Shown piece after piece: positions 1 through 10,494 of a DNA stretch of 64,000 bases. A model generated the notes under the pieces. That model did no database searches and had not been told where the DNA came from. It saw only the letters and a program-made list of their open reading frames with translations. This DNA is from an uncultured Gammaproteobacteria bacterium. GTDB taxonomy: Bacteria; Patescibacteriota; Microgenomatia; Levybacterales; UBA12049. Location: the NCBI GenBank assembly GCA_964653195.1, contig CAZZCX010000004.1, forward strand, positions 173-64,172, given 5' to 3'. Each line of letters opens with the position of its first letter. The first letter of the stretch is position 1. The translations under genes were made by a program, and so were the position numbers.

Positions 1-43
1 TATTCAATTTAAAATCTGAGGGTTTCATAAATGGAAAACTATA

Positions 44-817
44 TTATAAGGAGTTATCAAATCCTAAAGTAGGATTTATAGAAGGATTTTTTCTATTCTT
101 TCTCCCTGGCTTCCAGGAAAGATTGATAAAAAAGGTAAATAATATACGAAGTCCGTCACTTATAGACTGAATTTTCGACTCTCCCTCCCTTTGGTCATAT
201 GTAATAGGTACCGAATACATCTCAAAACCTAATTTTTTCATTTTCGTGACCATATCCATCTCTACCTCAAAACCATTTGCCTCCAAATGGGGCATAAGTT
301 TCACTATAACCTCTTTCTTCCATGCATAATACCCCGATAAAACATCAGTTATATTTGCGCCATAAAATTGTCTGACCAGAAATGTGAAACCCCAGTTTAC
401 AATTCTATTTGTAAGTTTTAGCGAATTGGTCTTGGTCTTTCCACCTAACCTCGTACCTACAACTACTTCACAAAATCCGCTCATCAAGGGCTCTATCATT
501 CTTAGAATTTCTCGTGACTTATATGTATTATCGCCATCAAGCATCACGACATAATCCGAATCGTCACTCACTGCTTTGAAACCGGCAACAATAGCATTTC
601 CTTTTCCTTTGTTTCGTTCTTTTATAACTGTTACATTATGTTTTCTAGCTACCTTTACTGTATCGTCTGTAGAATTATTATCTATAACTATAGTTTCTGT
701 CTGGAAATTAAGTTTCTCTAAAAGTTCATAAGGGATAGACGAAAGTACTTTTCCCACGCCTCTTTCTTCATTCATACAGGGAATAATAATAGATAACTTT
801 TTGGGGTTTAGAATCAT
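44..817 (-). CDS. Family 2 glycosyltransferase, dolichol-phosphate mannosyltransferase (Dpm1)-like
   Basis: N-terminal 'SIIIPCMNEE' GT-A motif, DxD-like 'VIDNNSTDD', 'VVMLDGD'. Size and composition are typical of GT2 polyprenyl-phosphate sugar transferases. Confidence 0.75.
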   Translation of the reverse strand: MILNPKKLSIIIPCMNEERGVGKVLSSIPYELLEKLNFQTETIVIDNNSTDDTVKVARKHNVTVIKERNKGKGNAIVAGFKAVSDDSDYVVMLDGDNTYKSREILRMIEPLMSGFCEVVVGTRLGGKTKTNSLKLTNRIVNWGFTFLVRQFYGANITDVLSGYYAWKKEVIVKLMPHLEANGFEVEMDMVTKMKKLGFEMYSVPITYDQREGESKIQSISDGLRILFTFFINLSWKPGRKNRKNPSINPTLGFDNSL

Positions 818-1269
818 ATACTTTCTGCCTCCATCCAGAAATGAATTACTTGCTTTTTATCAATAAGCTCTACAGTTACTTTCACTCTTCTATCAGTACT
901 AAGAATTTTGAAGCTTTCAACTATTGTTTTATATTCGTCATGATTTAAATAAAAACTGCCTTCGTCAAGAATTTGTCTTTCTCCATTTTCAGGTTCTATA
1001 AAGACTTTGAATGGATATTCCATCGGTGTATACTCCAAGTTACGTACTGTAAAACTGAAGTCATAAACAGTATTATTTAATGCATTTTTCGGAAGCAGTG
1101 TGTGATCTTCAAAATAAAGCTCTGTGAATCTCTCAGGATTAGGTTTCAATTTGCCTGCAAAAACTTTTATATCTTTTAGGCTAAAATATATTACGCTTGA
1201 GAATAATACTAATATGAGAGGGATAACGAGAAGAATTAAAATATTTTTACTGAATTTGCCTGCCTGCAT
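814..1269 (-). CDS. Hypothetical membrane-anchored protein (N-terminal TM helix). Likely co-translated with the downstream GT2.
   Basis: 151-aa ORF with a hydrophobic N-terminus (ILILLVIPLILVLFSSVIYF). Its stop overlaps the GT2 start by 4 nt (ATGA-type coupling). Confidence 0.45.
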   Translation of the reverse strand: MQAGKFSKNILILLVIPLILVLFSSVIYFSLKDIKVFAGKLKPNPERFTELYFEDHTLLPKNALNNTVYDFSFTVRNLEYTPMEYPFKVFIEPENGERQILDEGSFYLNHDEYKTIVESFKILSTDRRVKVTVELIDKKQVIHFWMEAESI

Positions 1270-1704
1270 AATTTTACCCTTTGAACTAACTAAATATACT
1301 AGATATAGGACATCTTGTCAAAGGCAGTAATTCAATATTTCTTATTGATGAGTTTGTACATTTACAAAAATTATAGGTTATTTTTGAATTTTATGTTAGA
1401 CACATCGCTATAAATATTTTCCTATTTATTCAATTGATTATAACACATATTATTATAAGTTCATACCTATATCTACGTTGCCCATTATACAAAATACTAT
1501 AAGTCATAAAATAAATGTATATAAACTCATACAAATTATTTCAATAGTGGTGTATACTAAATATATAGATAAATAATATATTTAATACCGCTCCTCTAAT
1601 AATATAGATAACTTGAAAAGCGGTATTTCGCTTTTCCTCATTGATTCTTAAGCTTAACAGGCAGTATCTGGCAAAAGGATTTAAATCTGGAACTCTCGTC
1701 AAAC

Positions 1705-3534
1705 ATGAAAAAAATTGCAACAACAAGACTTATTAGGCATGATATTATAGCCGGCATAACTGTCGCTCTGGTTCTTATACCACAGTCTCTCGCTTATGCA
1801 CAGCTTGCAGGACTTCCACCTCAATACGGTTTATACTCAGCTCTAATTCCTACATTTCTAGCTGCGATATTCGGATCAAGCTTATATCTTTCCACTGGTC
1901 CCGTCGCCGTACTTTCTCTTATGACTGCTTCTGTATTATCGCTTTATCATCTACCTGGAACTGTCGAATACATCTCTCTAGCTCTTATCTTAACTTTCAT
2001 GCTTGGGATATTTCAGATAACTCTTAGTTTCCTCAAAATCGGAAACGCCATAAGTCTACTTTCTCATCCTGTGATATATGGATTCACGAATGCTGCAGCA
2101 CTTATTATAGCTTCAACTCAATTACCCAAACTTTTGGGAATTACTGCTCCAAATTTCGACCATCAGTATCAAATAGTCATCGCCATATTTCAAAAAGCGT
2201 ACTACGGAATTGAACCCATAACTTTTCTCATAGGAGTATGGGTATTATTTTCTATAATTTTTTTGCGCATTATAAAAAAAGATTTTCCCTCACTTCTTTT
2301 TATCATGATCGGAACTACGTTATTTACTAGATTCATAGGCTATAGGGGTGCAGTTGTAGGTGATATAACTGCCGGGTTGCCTACATTTACACCACATCTT
2401 CTAAGTTCTGAGTTAATTTTTGAGCTACTGCCTACTGTAGCGATAATGGGTATAGTGGGATATGCTGAGGCAATATCAATCGCTCAGTATGTAGCAAAAA
2501 AAACCAAAACCCGACTCGATCCAAACAAAGAACTATTCGGTCAGGGTATAGCAAATCTCATGGGTTCTTTTTTCCAAAGTTTCCCAACAAGCGGTTCATT
2601 TTCACGGACAGCACTTAATTTTCAAGCAGGTGCGAGAACAAATTTATCAAGTATCACATCCAGCATAATGGTCTTAATTACTCTTCTTTTTTTCACAAAA
2701 CTACTTTATTACTTACCCCAAGTTGTACTGGCTGCAGTGATATTAATTTCGGTAAGTTCTTTAATAGATATCAAAAAAATTAAATTAATTCTACTCACAA
2801 GTAAACCGGATGCATTTGCTGCACTTATCACATTTCTCTCCACTTTGTATTTCGCTCCCCATTTAGAACGGGGAATCATTATCGGAGTACTTTTTACAAT
2901 CGGTTATTACATCTATAAAAATGTGCATCCTAGAGTCGTTTTCTTGTCAAAATATAAAGACGGATGGTTTCACGATGCAAATACTTTTAATTTGAGGCGT
3001 TGTAAAAATATATCTATTGTGCGCTTTGATGGTCAACTTTTTTTCGCAAATGCATCATTTATTGAAGCTATAATTATGAATGACCTTTCGAGATATCCTA
3101 AAATTCATAGTATTATTCTTATGACAAATGGTGTAAATAGCATCGACTCTACAGGTGAGCACATGCTCTATACTCTTTGGAAAAATTTACACAAAAATGG
3201 AAAGACTCTTTATATAAGCAGTTTGAAATCACAAGTCAAAGAAGTATTGGATAGAACAGGATTGATAGAAAATATCGGGAAAAATAACATCTTCCCAACA
3301 CTTGATGATGCGATAAAGTACGTTCTGAATTTAAATAAAGGCAATCAGAATCACACTGATACAGATAATTGTCCGCTTGAGAAATATATAATGGCGCAAA
3401 ACACAATTGGCGAACTACACGTATCCACAAAAAACATACTCGGAAGAATATTCAGAAAATTATCACCCGATAAAAAAATACTTGCTCCTCAACTATCTTT
3501 TCTACAATCTGAAAAAGACCAAACGATTAAATAA
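1705..3534 (+). CDS. SulP/SLC26-family anion (sulfate) permease with C-terminal STAS domain
   Basis: 609 aa with about 10-12 hydrophobic segments. Conserved SulP N-terminal region; the C-terminal ~120 aa is soluble and STAS-like. Confidence 0.8.
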   Translation: MKKIATTRLIRHDIIAGITVALVLIPQSLAYAQLAGLPPQYGLYSALIPTFLAAIFGSSLYLSTGPVAVLSLMTASVLSLYHLPGTVEYISLALILTFMLGIFQITLSFLKIGNAISLLSHPVIYGFTNAAALIIASTQLPKLLGITAPNFDHQYQIVIAIFQKAYYGIEPITFLIGVWVLFSIIFLRIIKKDFPSLLFIMIGTTLFTRFIGYRGAVVGDITAGLPTFTPHLLSSELIFELLPTVAIMGIVGYAEAISIAQYVAKKTKTRLDPNKELFGQGIANLMGSFFQSFPTSGSFSRTALNFQAGARTNLSSITSSIMVLITLLFFTKLLYYLPQVVLAAVILISVSSLIDIKKIKLILLTSKPDAFAALITFLSTLYFAPHLERGIIIGVLFTIGYYIYKNVHPRVVFLSKYKDGWFHDANTFNLRRCKNISIVRFDGQLFFANASFIEAIIMNDLSRYPKIHSIILMTNGVNSIDSTGEHMLYTLWKNLHKNGKTLYISSLKSQVKEVLDRTGLIENIGKNNIFPTLDDAIKYVLNLNKGNQNHTDTDNCPLEKYIMAQNTIGELHVSTKNILGRIFRKLSPDKKILAPQLSFLQSEKDQTIK

Positions 3535-3960
3535 CTACACCAAACTCAATACCAAAGCCATTGAAATAAGTGACGCAAGTTGATATCCAGTATTGATAGC
3601 CATTAGCTTCCAATTTTTTCTTCCAAATATTTCACCTGTCAGCTGAACCGGCATCATAAACCCCAACCACATCCAAAAAGCCGTAGTAAGACCTGTCGCA
3701 AGTCTACTGAAACCAAATGAATTCACGGATAATGTCATTACATGTGAAAGGGTATACGCAGTTATCAAAGATACCAAAAAACTTAATCCGTATAGTTTGC
3801 CCATTTCTTTTTGAGCTTTTTTCAATGATTCTGTGGTATATCCAGATAGCTTCATCCAGGGTTTCCCAAGAATAAGTGGACTATAATACAAAAAACCTAC
3901 TATCATTGAAACTATTCCAGAAAGTAAAATTGCAAAATAGTTAATTTCAAAATTCATCAA
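3535..3960 (-). CDS. Small integral membrane protein, DUF1761-like
   Basis: 141 aa with 4 predicted TM segments. N-terminal 'YYSPLILGKPWMKLSG' resembles the DUF1761 signature. Confidence 0.4.
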   Translation of the reverse strand: MMNFEINYFAILLSGIVSMIVGFLYYSPLILGKPWMKLSGYTTESLKKAQKEMGKLYGLSFLVSLITAYTLSHVMTLSVNSFGFSRLATGLTTAFWMWLGFMMPVQLTGEIFGRKNWKLMAINTGYQLASLISMALVLSLV

Positions 3961-4101
3961 AATTCACCTCCTCTCAATAATTAATTTATATTTAATTCTT
4001 AGCTATTGGAAAAACGATTATATATTTTATTTATTATTTAATAAATAATGAAGAGTTACAATAGCGTAAAGTGATCGGATTTTGTATACTTATGGGGCGT
4101 T

Positions 4102-5535
4102 ATGTCAACCAAAAACAAAATTATAGGGACTATGCTTCCTATTTCTTCTCTTTATTCAATAAAAAATCAAAATTATGTAAATGGAATTATAGATGACGGC
4201 TTATTATTTATAGATTGGTTAAAAAAAACCAATCAACATGCCTGGCAGATACTTCCTATTCATGAAACAGAATATCTAAAAGATACCAGAATCAATAATA
4301 CTTCACCATATAAAGGATTTGGCATAGGTATAAATCCTAAGTATGCTTCAAAAAATTATAAACTTCCAAGCGACAAAGAATTAGATAAATTTCGGAAAGA
4401 AAATGATTTCTGGCTTTCGGATTATTCGCTATTTTGTGCATTAAGAGATCATTTCCAAACAGATGACTGGACGAGTTGGCCTGATGATTTTAAAGATTAT
4501 AAAAAACTAAATATAAATGTGTGGCGTAATAAATTAAAAAAAGAAATTTTACAATTTGATTTAATTCAATGGCAGCTGCATAGTGAATATAAAACTCTAA
4601 AAGATAAAGCCCGTAAAAACAACATATCTCTTATCGGTGATATGCAGTTTTATCTACCTTTAAAAAGTCCACTTATCTGGAAGTATAAGCATTTGTTTTT
4701 GCTAGATGAAAATGCCTTACCTGATTTCGTGTCAGGAGTACCATATAAAAAAGGCGTTATGTATGGAAGACAAGTCTGGGGACATCCATTGTATGACTGG
4801 CAAGATGATTCCCAAAACTCAGAAATTATCTCTATTTTCATTAATAGACTTAAATATCTATCAAATCTTTATGATCTTATCAGATTGGATCACACAAGCG
4901 GGTTTTTCCGTTATGGAAAAATAAATATACATAATAAAAATAATGACGCGATGAGTACAGGTCCCGGCAACAAGGCATTAGAAGAAATAATAAACAGCAT
5001 TGAGAATTCAGACATTCAAATTTTTGCTGAAGATGCTGGATACGATATAGGGACACTTCCTGATGCACTCAAGAAGTTAGAGATCCCGGGTGTGAGAGTA
5101 ATACGATGTGCTTATGATGAAGTTAATAAAAAGTTTAATAATATACATGCAAATATAACTAACTTTCCTCAAAATTCAGTTACATACACAACGACTCATG
5201 ATACAGAAACTTTGGTGGGATTTCTAGAGCAATGTAATTCGTCTGAAAGAAAAATACTTGCGGAAAAACTTGGGATAGAATATACAGAAGATTTAAAAAA
5301 ATACACAACTGAAATGATAAAACTTGCAATAAATTGTCCATCACAATTTGTAATAATCCCATTTCAGGACTGGTTTTTCCTGAAAGATAGGATAAATATC
5401 CCGGGAACGGAAGAAATAAATAATAGAGTAAACTGGAAATACAGGATATCTAGCCCTATTGAGGATTTGATAAATCGTCCTGCCTTAGCTGAGTTTCAAA
5501 CAATTCTGTCAAAACGGGCAAATACATCTGGGTAA
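4102..5535 (+). CDS. malQ: 4-alpha-glucanotransferase (amylomaltase, GH77)
   Basis: 'LIRLDHTSGFFRY' matches the GH77 catalytic 'RIDHFRGF' region, with 'WGHPLYDW' and 'FAEDAG' motifs. Sits with glgP and glgA. Confidence 0.75.
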   Translation: MSTKNKIIGTMLPISSLYSIKNQNYVNGIIDDGLLFIDWLKKTNQHAWQILPIHETEYLKDTRINNTSPYKGFGIGINPKYASKNYKLPSDKELDKFRKENDFWLSDYSLFCALRDHFQTDDWTSWPDDFKDYKKLNINVWRNKLKKEILQFDLIQWQLHSEYKTLKDKARKNNISLIGDMQFYLPLKSPLIWKYKHLFLLDENALPDFVSGVPYKKGVMYGRQVWGHPLYDWQDDSQNSEIISIFINRLKYLSNLYDLIRLDHTSGFFRYGKINIHNKNNDAMSTGPGNKALEEIINSIENSDIQIFAEDAGYDIGTLPDALKKLEIPGVRVIRCAYDEVNKKFNNIHANITNFPQNSVTYTTTHDTETLVGFLEQCNSSERKILAEKLGIEYTEDLKKYTTEMIKLAINCPSQFVIIPFQDWFFLKDRINIPGTEEINNRVNWKYRISSPIEDLINRPALAEFQTILSKRANTSG

Positions 5536-7258
5536 AATACTCTTTCAGCATTCTCGTTGCGGTGAATTCATTTAAAATCAGCTCCCGTGCGTTTTTCATA
5601 TTCTCAAGCCATGCCCCAGGAATACCTTCTCTATTCTTGAAATAATATTCAGGAATAATATTATGCTCAAGAATCTCCATCAGGCTATCGGTAATTCTAT
5701 TACTATCAAGTATCCAGCCTATCTTATAAAGCTCTACTTCCGCTACCCATCCGTCTTTCGTGGTACAGGGCAATACTCCATTTAGACATGCTTTCATACC
5801 GCTTGTACCGCAAGCTTCAAAGCCGACAATAGGTGTATTGAGCCATACGTCTGCTCCACTTGTCATTATTTTCGCAAGATTGATATTGTAATCAGTAAGA
5901 TAAGTAATATATTCTCCCAATTCAGACTCCAGAAGTAATCTTATATCATTAAGCATTCCGGCACCTTCACTATCACTTTCATGGGCTGAGCCAGCTAGTA
6001 CTATACGCACAGGGCGTCTTGAATCCTGAACAAGTTTAAGTAGTTTTTCTTTATTCTGAAATAACGCCAAAGGTCTTTTATAGGGAACTATTCGTCTACC
6101 CCAACCCAACAATAAGTGATTCTCATCCCAAACTTTTCCTGTCTTCTCCTGAATAATATTCAAAAGAGTCCTTTTATTCTCCTGATGCCGCGTCCATAAA
6201 TTAATTACATTTTGATTATCAAAATTATATTTATCTATTAAAGCCATTTCCGAATTCTTAACTCTTAATTCTGAATTATGAATTCCTACTCTATCCCATG
6301 TATCTAAATGTATTCCATTAGTTACTGAAATCATAGGATGGTCTGGCCAAATTTCTTCAGCTTTTTTGGCATGGAGCTTACTTACAGCATTTATTCTTGA
6401 CGCCATGCGCATAGATAGTATAGTCATCGAAAAGATACTTGAATCCTTTACAAGTCCCAATGGAATTAATTCATTGACAGGTACTTGAAGTTGTGCTGAG
6501 TAATCTGAAAGTAGAGCTGAAACCATGTCATTATTGAAGGTATCATTTCCTGCTGCCAAAAGAGTATGGTTCGTAAAGACAATATGTCGTCTCGCACGGT
6601 CTAGCTCATCGTTATATTTTCCTTTGTACTCATTCATTTCATGATTTGCCACTTCAAATGCCAGAAGACCTGAATGGCCTTCATTCAGATGATATACACT
6701 TGGGTGAATCTTGAGAATTTCAAGCAATCTTAATCCGGCAATTCCCAATACAATTTGCTGCTTAAAGCGGGTCTCCTTATTTCCGACATATAGCCTGTCA
6801 TTTATACCACGGTCAAGCGGATCGTTTTCATCAATATCCGTATCCAGTAAAAATACTCTTACTGTTTTAATTTGCTTTTCGAAGGCTCTTACTTTCAATT
6901 GTCTTCCCTGCATAGGAATAGATATAATTACGGGCTGTTTATTTAAATCGACTACCGGTTTAAATCCAAAATCGGGAGGTGCAGATTTAGGCGGATGTTT
7001 AAGAAGTGTAGCGTCATTTACCAACTCATGATGAAAATACCCTTCTTCATAAAACATACCTATAGCGACCAAAGGAATTCCCTGATCCGCTGCTTCAAGA
7101 ATTGTATCTGCAGCTAAAACTCCTAGTCCGCCAGCATAGAGTGGGGAATTATTAATTAGTGCAAACTCTGCGCAGAAATATGCTATAGGGCGAATCTTCA
7201 GAAACTCATATTCTTTAGATTTTCTGAAGTCATCAAACCAATTCTCGTGCTGTTGCAT
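5456..7258 (-). CDS. glgP: Alpha-glucan (glycogen/maltodextrin) phosphorylase, GT35 short form
   Basis: N-terminal 'AYFCAEFALINNSPLYAGGLGVLAADTILEAADQGIPLVAIGMFY' is diagnostic of the GT35 phosphorylase family. Its 3' end overlaps malQ convergently by 80 nt. Confidence 0.8.
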   Translation of the reverse strand: MQQHENWFDDFRKSKEYEFLKIRPIAYFCAEFALINNSPLYAGGLGVLAADTILEAADQGIPLVAIGMFYEEGYFHHELVNDATLLKHPPKSAPPDFGFKPVVDLNKQPVIISIPMQGRQLKVRAFEKQIKTVRVFLLDTDIDENDPLDRGINDRLYVGNKETRFKQQIVLGIAGLRLLEILKIHPSVYHLNEGHSGLLAFEVANHEMNEYKGKYNDELDRARRHIVFTNHTLLAAGNDTFNNDMVSALLSDYSAQLQVPVNELIPLGLVKDSSIFSMTILSMRMASRINAVSKLHAKKAEEIWPDHPMISVTNGIHLDTWDRVGIHNSELRVKNSEMALIDKYNFDNQNVINLWTRHQENKRTLLNIIQEKTGKVWDENHLLLGWGRRIVPYKRPLALFQNKEKLLKLVQDSRRPVRIVLAGSAHESDSEGAGMLNDIRLLLESELGEYITYLTDYNINLAKIMTSGADVWLNTPIVGFEACGTSGMKACLNGVLPCTTKDGWVAEVELYKIGWILDSNRITDSLMEILEHNIIPEYYFKNREGIPGAWLENMKNARELILNEFTATRMLKEYFTQMYLPVLTELFETQLRQDDLSNPQ

Positions 7259-7306
7259 TATTTTAGTATAACAGGTTTTTGCATCAGTCTAAATGCTATA
7301 TTTCAT

Positions 7307-8911
7307 TTATATCAGCAAACTAGAGTACGCTCGATGCGAAATCGGACGGGTGGCTCGTTTTCTTTCCTCAGAAATATGCTTATACCATTTTTCATATTCC
7401 TTTGCTGCTTTCTCCCAGCTGAAATCACAACGTAAGCAATTCAAAATTAATTTCTTCCAGAGAAATTTTTGCTTATATATCGTAAGTGCCTCAATTATAC
7501 TTCCATAAAATGCCCACGAATCATTATTTGTAAAAGAAAAACCGTTTCCTGTACCTTTTACAGGATCGAAATCCTGGATACTGTCATTAAGGCCTCCAGT
7601 ACGACGAACGACGGGCACTGCTCCGTATCGCATAGCTTCCAACGCAACCAATCCACCAGGTTCATATGAACTTGGTATTAAAAATATATCAGCACCTGAG
7701 AATATCTTCCGCGGTAAACGAAAATCAGCTCTTAAATGTAAACCTAACTGTCTGGGATATAGTTTTTGTAATTCAACTAATTTGGTTCTATATGTATCAT
7801 CTCCACTGCCTAGAATTATCACTTGAAGATCAGGACGCTGCATTAATAAATTTGGTAAAACGTGAAGTAAAATATCAACTCCCTTTTGCCTCCATAGTCT
7901 ACCTGCAAAAGCTAAAAGAGGAGCATCAATATTTACAGGAAGTAAAAATAATTTTTGCAATTCAATTTTATTTATTTTTCTTGCTTTTTCAAAAGTCTTT
8001 TCTGTAAATCTTGCTTTAATAATCGGATCTGTAGAAGGATTAAATTCATCAGTATCAAGTCCGTTCAATATTCCTATAAGCTTGCCTTTAACTTTTTCTA
8101 AAGCATCATCCAATCCTTCAGCATATTCTGAAGTCAATACTTCAATTGCATGGGATGGACTTACTGTATTTATAGCATCAGCATAAAGTAAACCACGTCG
8201 CAATGCATTATGTTTTTGAAAACTTCTCGAGAGAATTGGCGATAAATCTGTAGTGCCATCATCAAAATCTTCTTTCTTTGCAAAACGGTAATCATAATTT
8301 CCCTGAAATGCGAAATTGTGTACTGTTAAAACAATCGCAGTCTTTGCGAAAATATGTCTGTATCTTTTATCACGACGTGCCATACCGATAAGATATGCTG
8401 TATGCCAATCGTTACAATGAATCACATCAGGCCACCATTTATCTTTATCGCCTTTATTATCTAAATACAGTTGATATAACCACTCTAAGCATCCTTTAGA
8501 TAACAATGCAAACCTAACATGATCATCCATATACCCGAATACGTTTGCACGCAACTCATAATATTCCCGATTTTCTAAAAAATATGCATGAATGCTGCGT
8601 TTTCTATTGATATACGTTTTGACATTGCAAATAAGATAATCCTTTCTATCTTGTTTCAATTGAATATCGGTTGCATTGTTTACTAAAGGTACCTTTAATC
8701 CCTTGATCGACAATTTCATTTTCCAGGATTTTCCATGTAAAGGATCAGAATCCATTTTCCCGTATTTTGGTGTAAAAATCCGTACATCATTTCCCATACG
8801 CGATAACATTCGAGGTAAAAAATACATGACTTGCGATAAACCACCAACGGAGACGAAAGGGGCTACTTCAGCGCATACAAACAAGATATTCACGCCTGTA
8901 TTGTAACACAA
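7307..8911 (-). CDS. glgA: Glycogen/starch synthase (GT5, ADP/UDP-glucose type)
   Basis: N-terminal 'ILFVCAEVAPFVSVGGLSQV' corresponds to the GlgA 'KTGGLADV' motif. C-terminal GT-B fold ('GGLNDSI'). Confidence 0.8.
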   Translation of the reverse strand: MCYNTGVNILFVCAEVAPFVSVGGLSQVMYFLPRMLSRMGNDVRIFTPKYGKMDSDPLHGKSWKMKLSIKGLKVPLVNNATDIQLKQDRKDYLICNVKTYINRKRSIHAYFLENREYYELRANVFGYMDDHVRFALLSKGCLEWLYQLYLDNKGDKDKWWPDVIHCNDWHTAYLIGMARRDKRYRHIFAKTAIVLTVHNFAFQGNYDYRFAKKEDFDDGTTDLSPILSRSFQKHNALRRGLLYADAINTVSPSHAIEVLTSEYAEGLDDALEKVKGKLIGILNGLDTDEFNPSTDPIIKARFTEKTFEKARKINKIELQKLFLLPVNIDAPLLAFAGRLWRQKGVDILLHVLPNLLMQRPDLQVIILGSGDDTYRTKLVELQKLYPRQLGLHLRADFRLPRKIFSGADIFLIPSSYEPGGLVALEAMRYGAVPVVRRTGGLNDSIQDFDPVKGTGNGFSFTNNDSWAFYGSIIEALTIYKQKFLWKKLILNCLRCDFSWEKAAKEYEKWYKHISEERKRATRPISHRAYSSLLI

Positions 8912-8971
8912 AACTAGCTCCAGTTGAGCACCAAATTAATAATTTTTTTTTGTAATTTATTTTTTAAGTTT

Positions 8972-10480
8972 CTAACCGAGACTTTTTCGAAGAATTGCAG
9001 CATCTTGTATCAATTTCGCAAGAGACTCACCGGTATCAATTTTTTTCACTATTTCTGATGTGATTAATAAATGCTTTTTCTCTTCTTTCGTTAGGGGAGC
9101 TACCTCTTCGCCTAAATATATTTCAACTTCTTTAATATCCTCTTCTATATCAGACCATACTTTATTTTCTTTTGCCAATATAGAAAGGTTTTTCTTGTTT
9201 AAATATCTACCCGCTCTCATAAGATCGGCTTTTATATTTATATAAAACTTTTCAAGCGTCGGAAGTAGACCTAAAGTTTTTGCTTTCTTTATCCCTCTGC
9301 CAGTGCCTATAAACTCTGGAGGAATACCTAGAGAATACAAAGCAGCAGTAAATCCAATTGCGCGAGGTAATTTTACTTTTCCTACGCCTCTTGAATATCC
9401 GAAAAGACCAATATGCTGAACCCGCTCTCGCCTTCTTGGTAGCATCGATGCTATAGTATTTATAAGCTCTGCTATCTCCTCAATAACGGGCGTATATTGA
9501 TTTTCAAATATTTCAACCATCAAGCGTATTTCTTTTTCTTCAGCTCCTGATACATCTAGTGCAGATTTCTGTGGTAACAGTTTCTCAAGATTCACTACAG
9601 CTTTTATTACATCTTTTTTTTCGTAGTCATAACGGAATCCGCTTTGAATAAGTGCAGTTCGAATACCTCTGTATTCATTTACAAATTCATTTATATTTAG
9701 AGGTGTGAGTCCGCCACGGAAAGGAAGTGAAGCAGAACCAATTACAGGATAAAGTTCTATATCTTCTCTTTCTGAATAATTCTTATATTTGGACAATGCT
9801 AGCTTGATGGCAAGTACTGTAGGTACGATTCCAGCATTTAATGCTGGATCTGAACGTGCTAAATAAGGCCTTATATAACTAGGTCTGAATTTAAATTTTT
9901 TCTTATGCATTTTTAAATATGTATCTAAAATCTTATCTGAATTCATTATCGTCTCGACATCTTCAAAAAGCGGTATCAACTCAATATGTCTTAAATTTCT
10001 ATCTCCCATTCGATATAACTGATGTTTTAGAGAAGCAATTTCCCTAAAGGCTTCTTGAACGGCGATCATTTCCCCAGCACTTGTGGTCATCGGTAGGATT
10101 ACTTCAAAAAGAGGTGGACTATAAAATCCATATTGACGGGCAATCATATCTGCACTAAGAATTCCCATAAAGGCACGTCCTATACGAAACTCTGTCTCAA
10201 CCTTTGGATTTGGCAGACGGAAAGTTAGAAATTTATCGTATCCTAATTGATGAGTCTTAAAAAATTCATAGTGAGTGCTTAAAAGCCTCTCCATTACTGA
10301 TTCATCAACCAGTTTTCCCTCCCAGTCCCATTTATATTCAGAAACTCCTAATTCAGAAAATGACAGAAAACACTCAAAAGTCTCGTGATTCGTACTTATA
10401 AATTCTTCAGTATGCCAATAAGGCTTGCCGGCGTGATCCGGATGCTGAGATATCATAGCTGCTGAAATTTTTCTAGTCAT
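8972..10480 (-). CDS. ppcA: Archaeal-type phosphoenolpyruvate carboxylase (PpcA family)
   Basis: 502 aa. N-terminus 'ISAAMISQHPDHAGKPYW', 'WDWEGKLVDE' and 'FLTFRLPNPKVE' match the hallmark motifs of archaeal-type PEPC (MSTQHPDN / WDAEGKDVD / LTYRLPNP). Confidence 0.8.
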   Translation of the reverse strand: MTRKISAAMISQHPDHAGKPYWHTEEFISTNHETFECFLSFSELGVSEYKWDWEGKLVDESVMERLLSTHYEFFKTHQLGYDKFLTFRLPNPKVETEFRIGRAFMGILSADMIARQYGFYSPPLFEVILPMTTSAGEMIAVQEAFREIASLKHQLYRMGDRNLRHIELIPLFEDVETIMNSDKILDTYLKMHKKKFKFRPSYIRPYLARSDPALNAGIVPTVLAIKLALSKYKNYSEREDIELYPVIGSASLPFRGGLTPLNINEFVNEYRGIRTALIQSGFRYDYEKKDVIKAVVNLEKLLPQKSALDVSGAEEKEIRLMVEIFENQYTPVIEEIAELINTIASMLPRRRERVQHIGLFGYSRGVGKVKLPRAIGFTAALYSLGIPPEFIGTGRGIKKAKTLGLLPTLEKFYINIKADLMRAGRYLNKKNLSILAKENKVWSDIEEDIKEVEIYLGEEVAPLTKEEKKHLLITSEIVKKIDTGESLAKLIQDAAILRKSLG

Positions 10481-10494
10481 AAATAATTGTTTTT

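Noticed and set aside
1124-1330. Numerous 60-130-aa ORFs lying antisense to or inside long genes, such as 1124-1330, 4650-4841, 6711-7031, 25269-25460, 33250-33528 and 52828-53076.
   Set aside because: They overlap well-supported conserved genes on the opposite strand or in another frame and have no recognisable motifs. In AT-rich DNA such ORFs are expected by chance.
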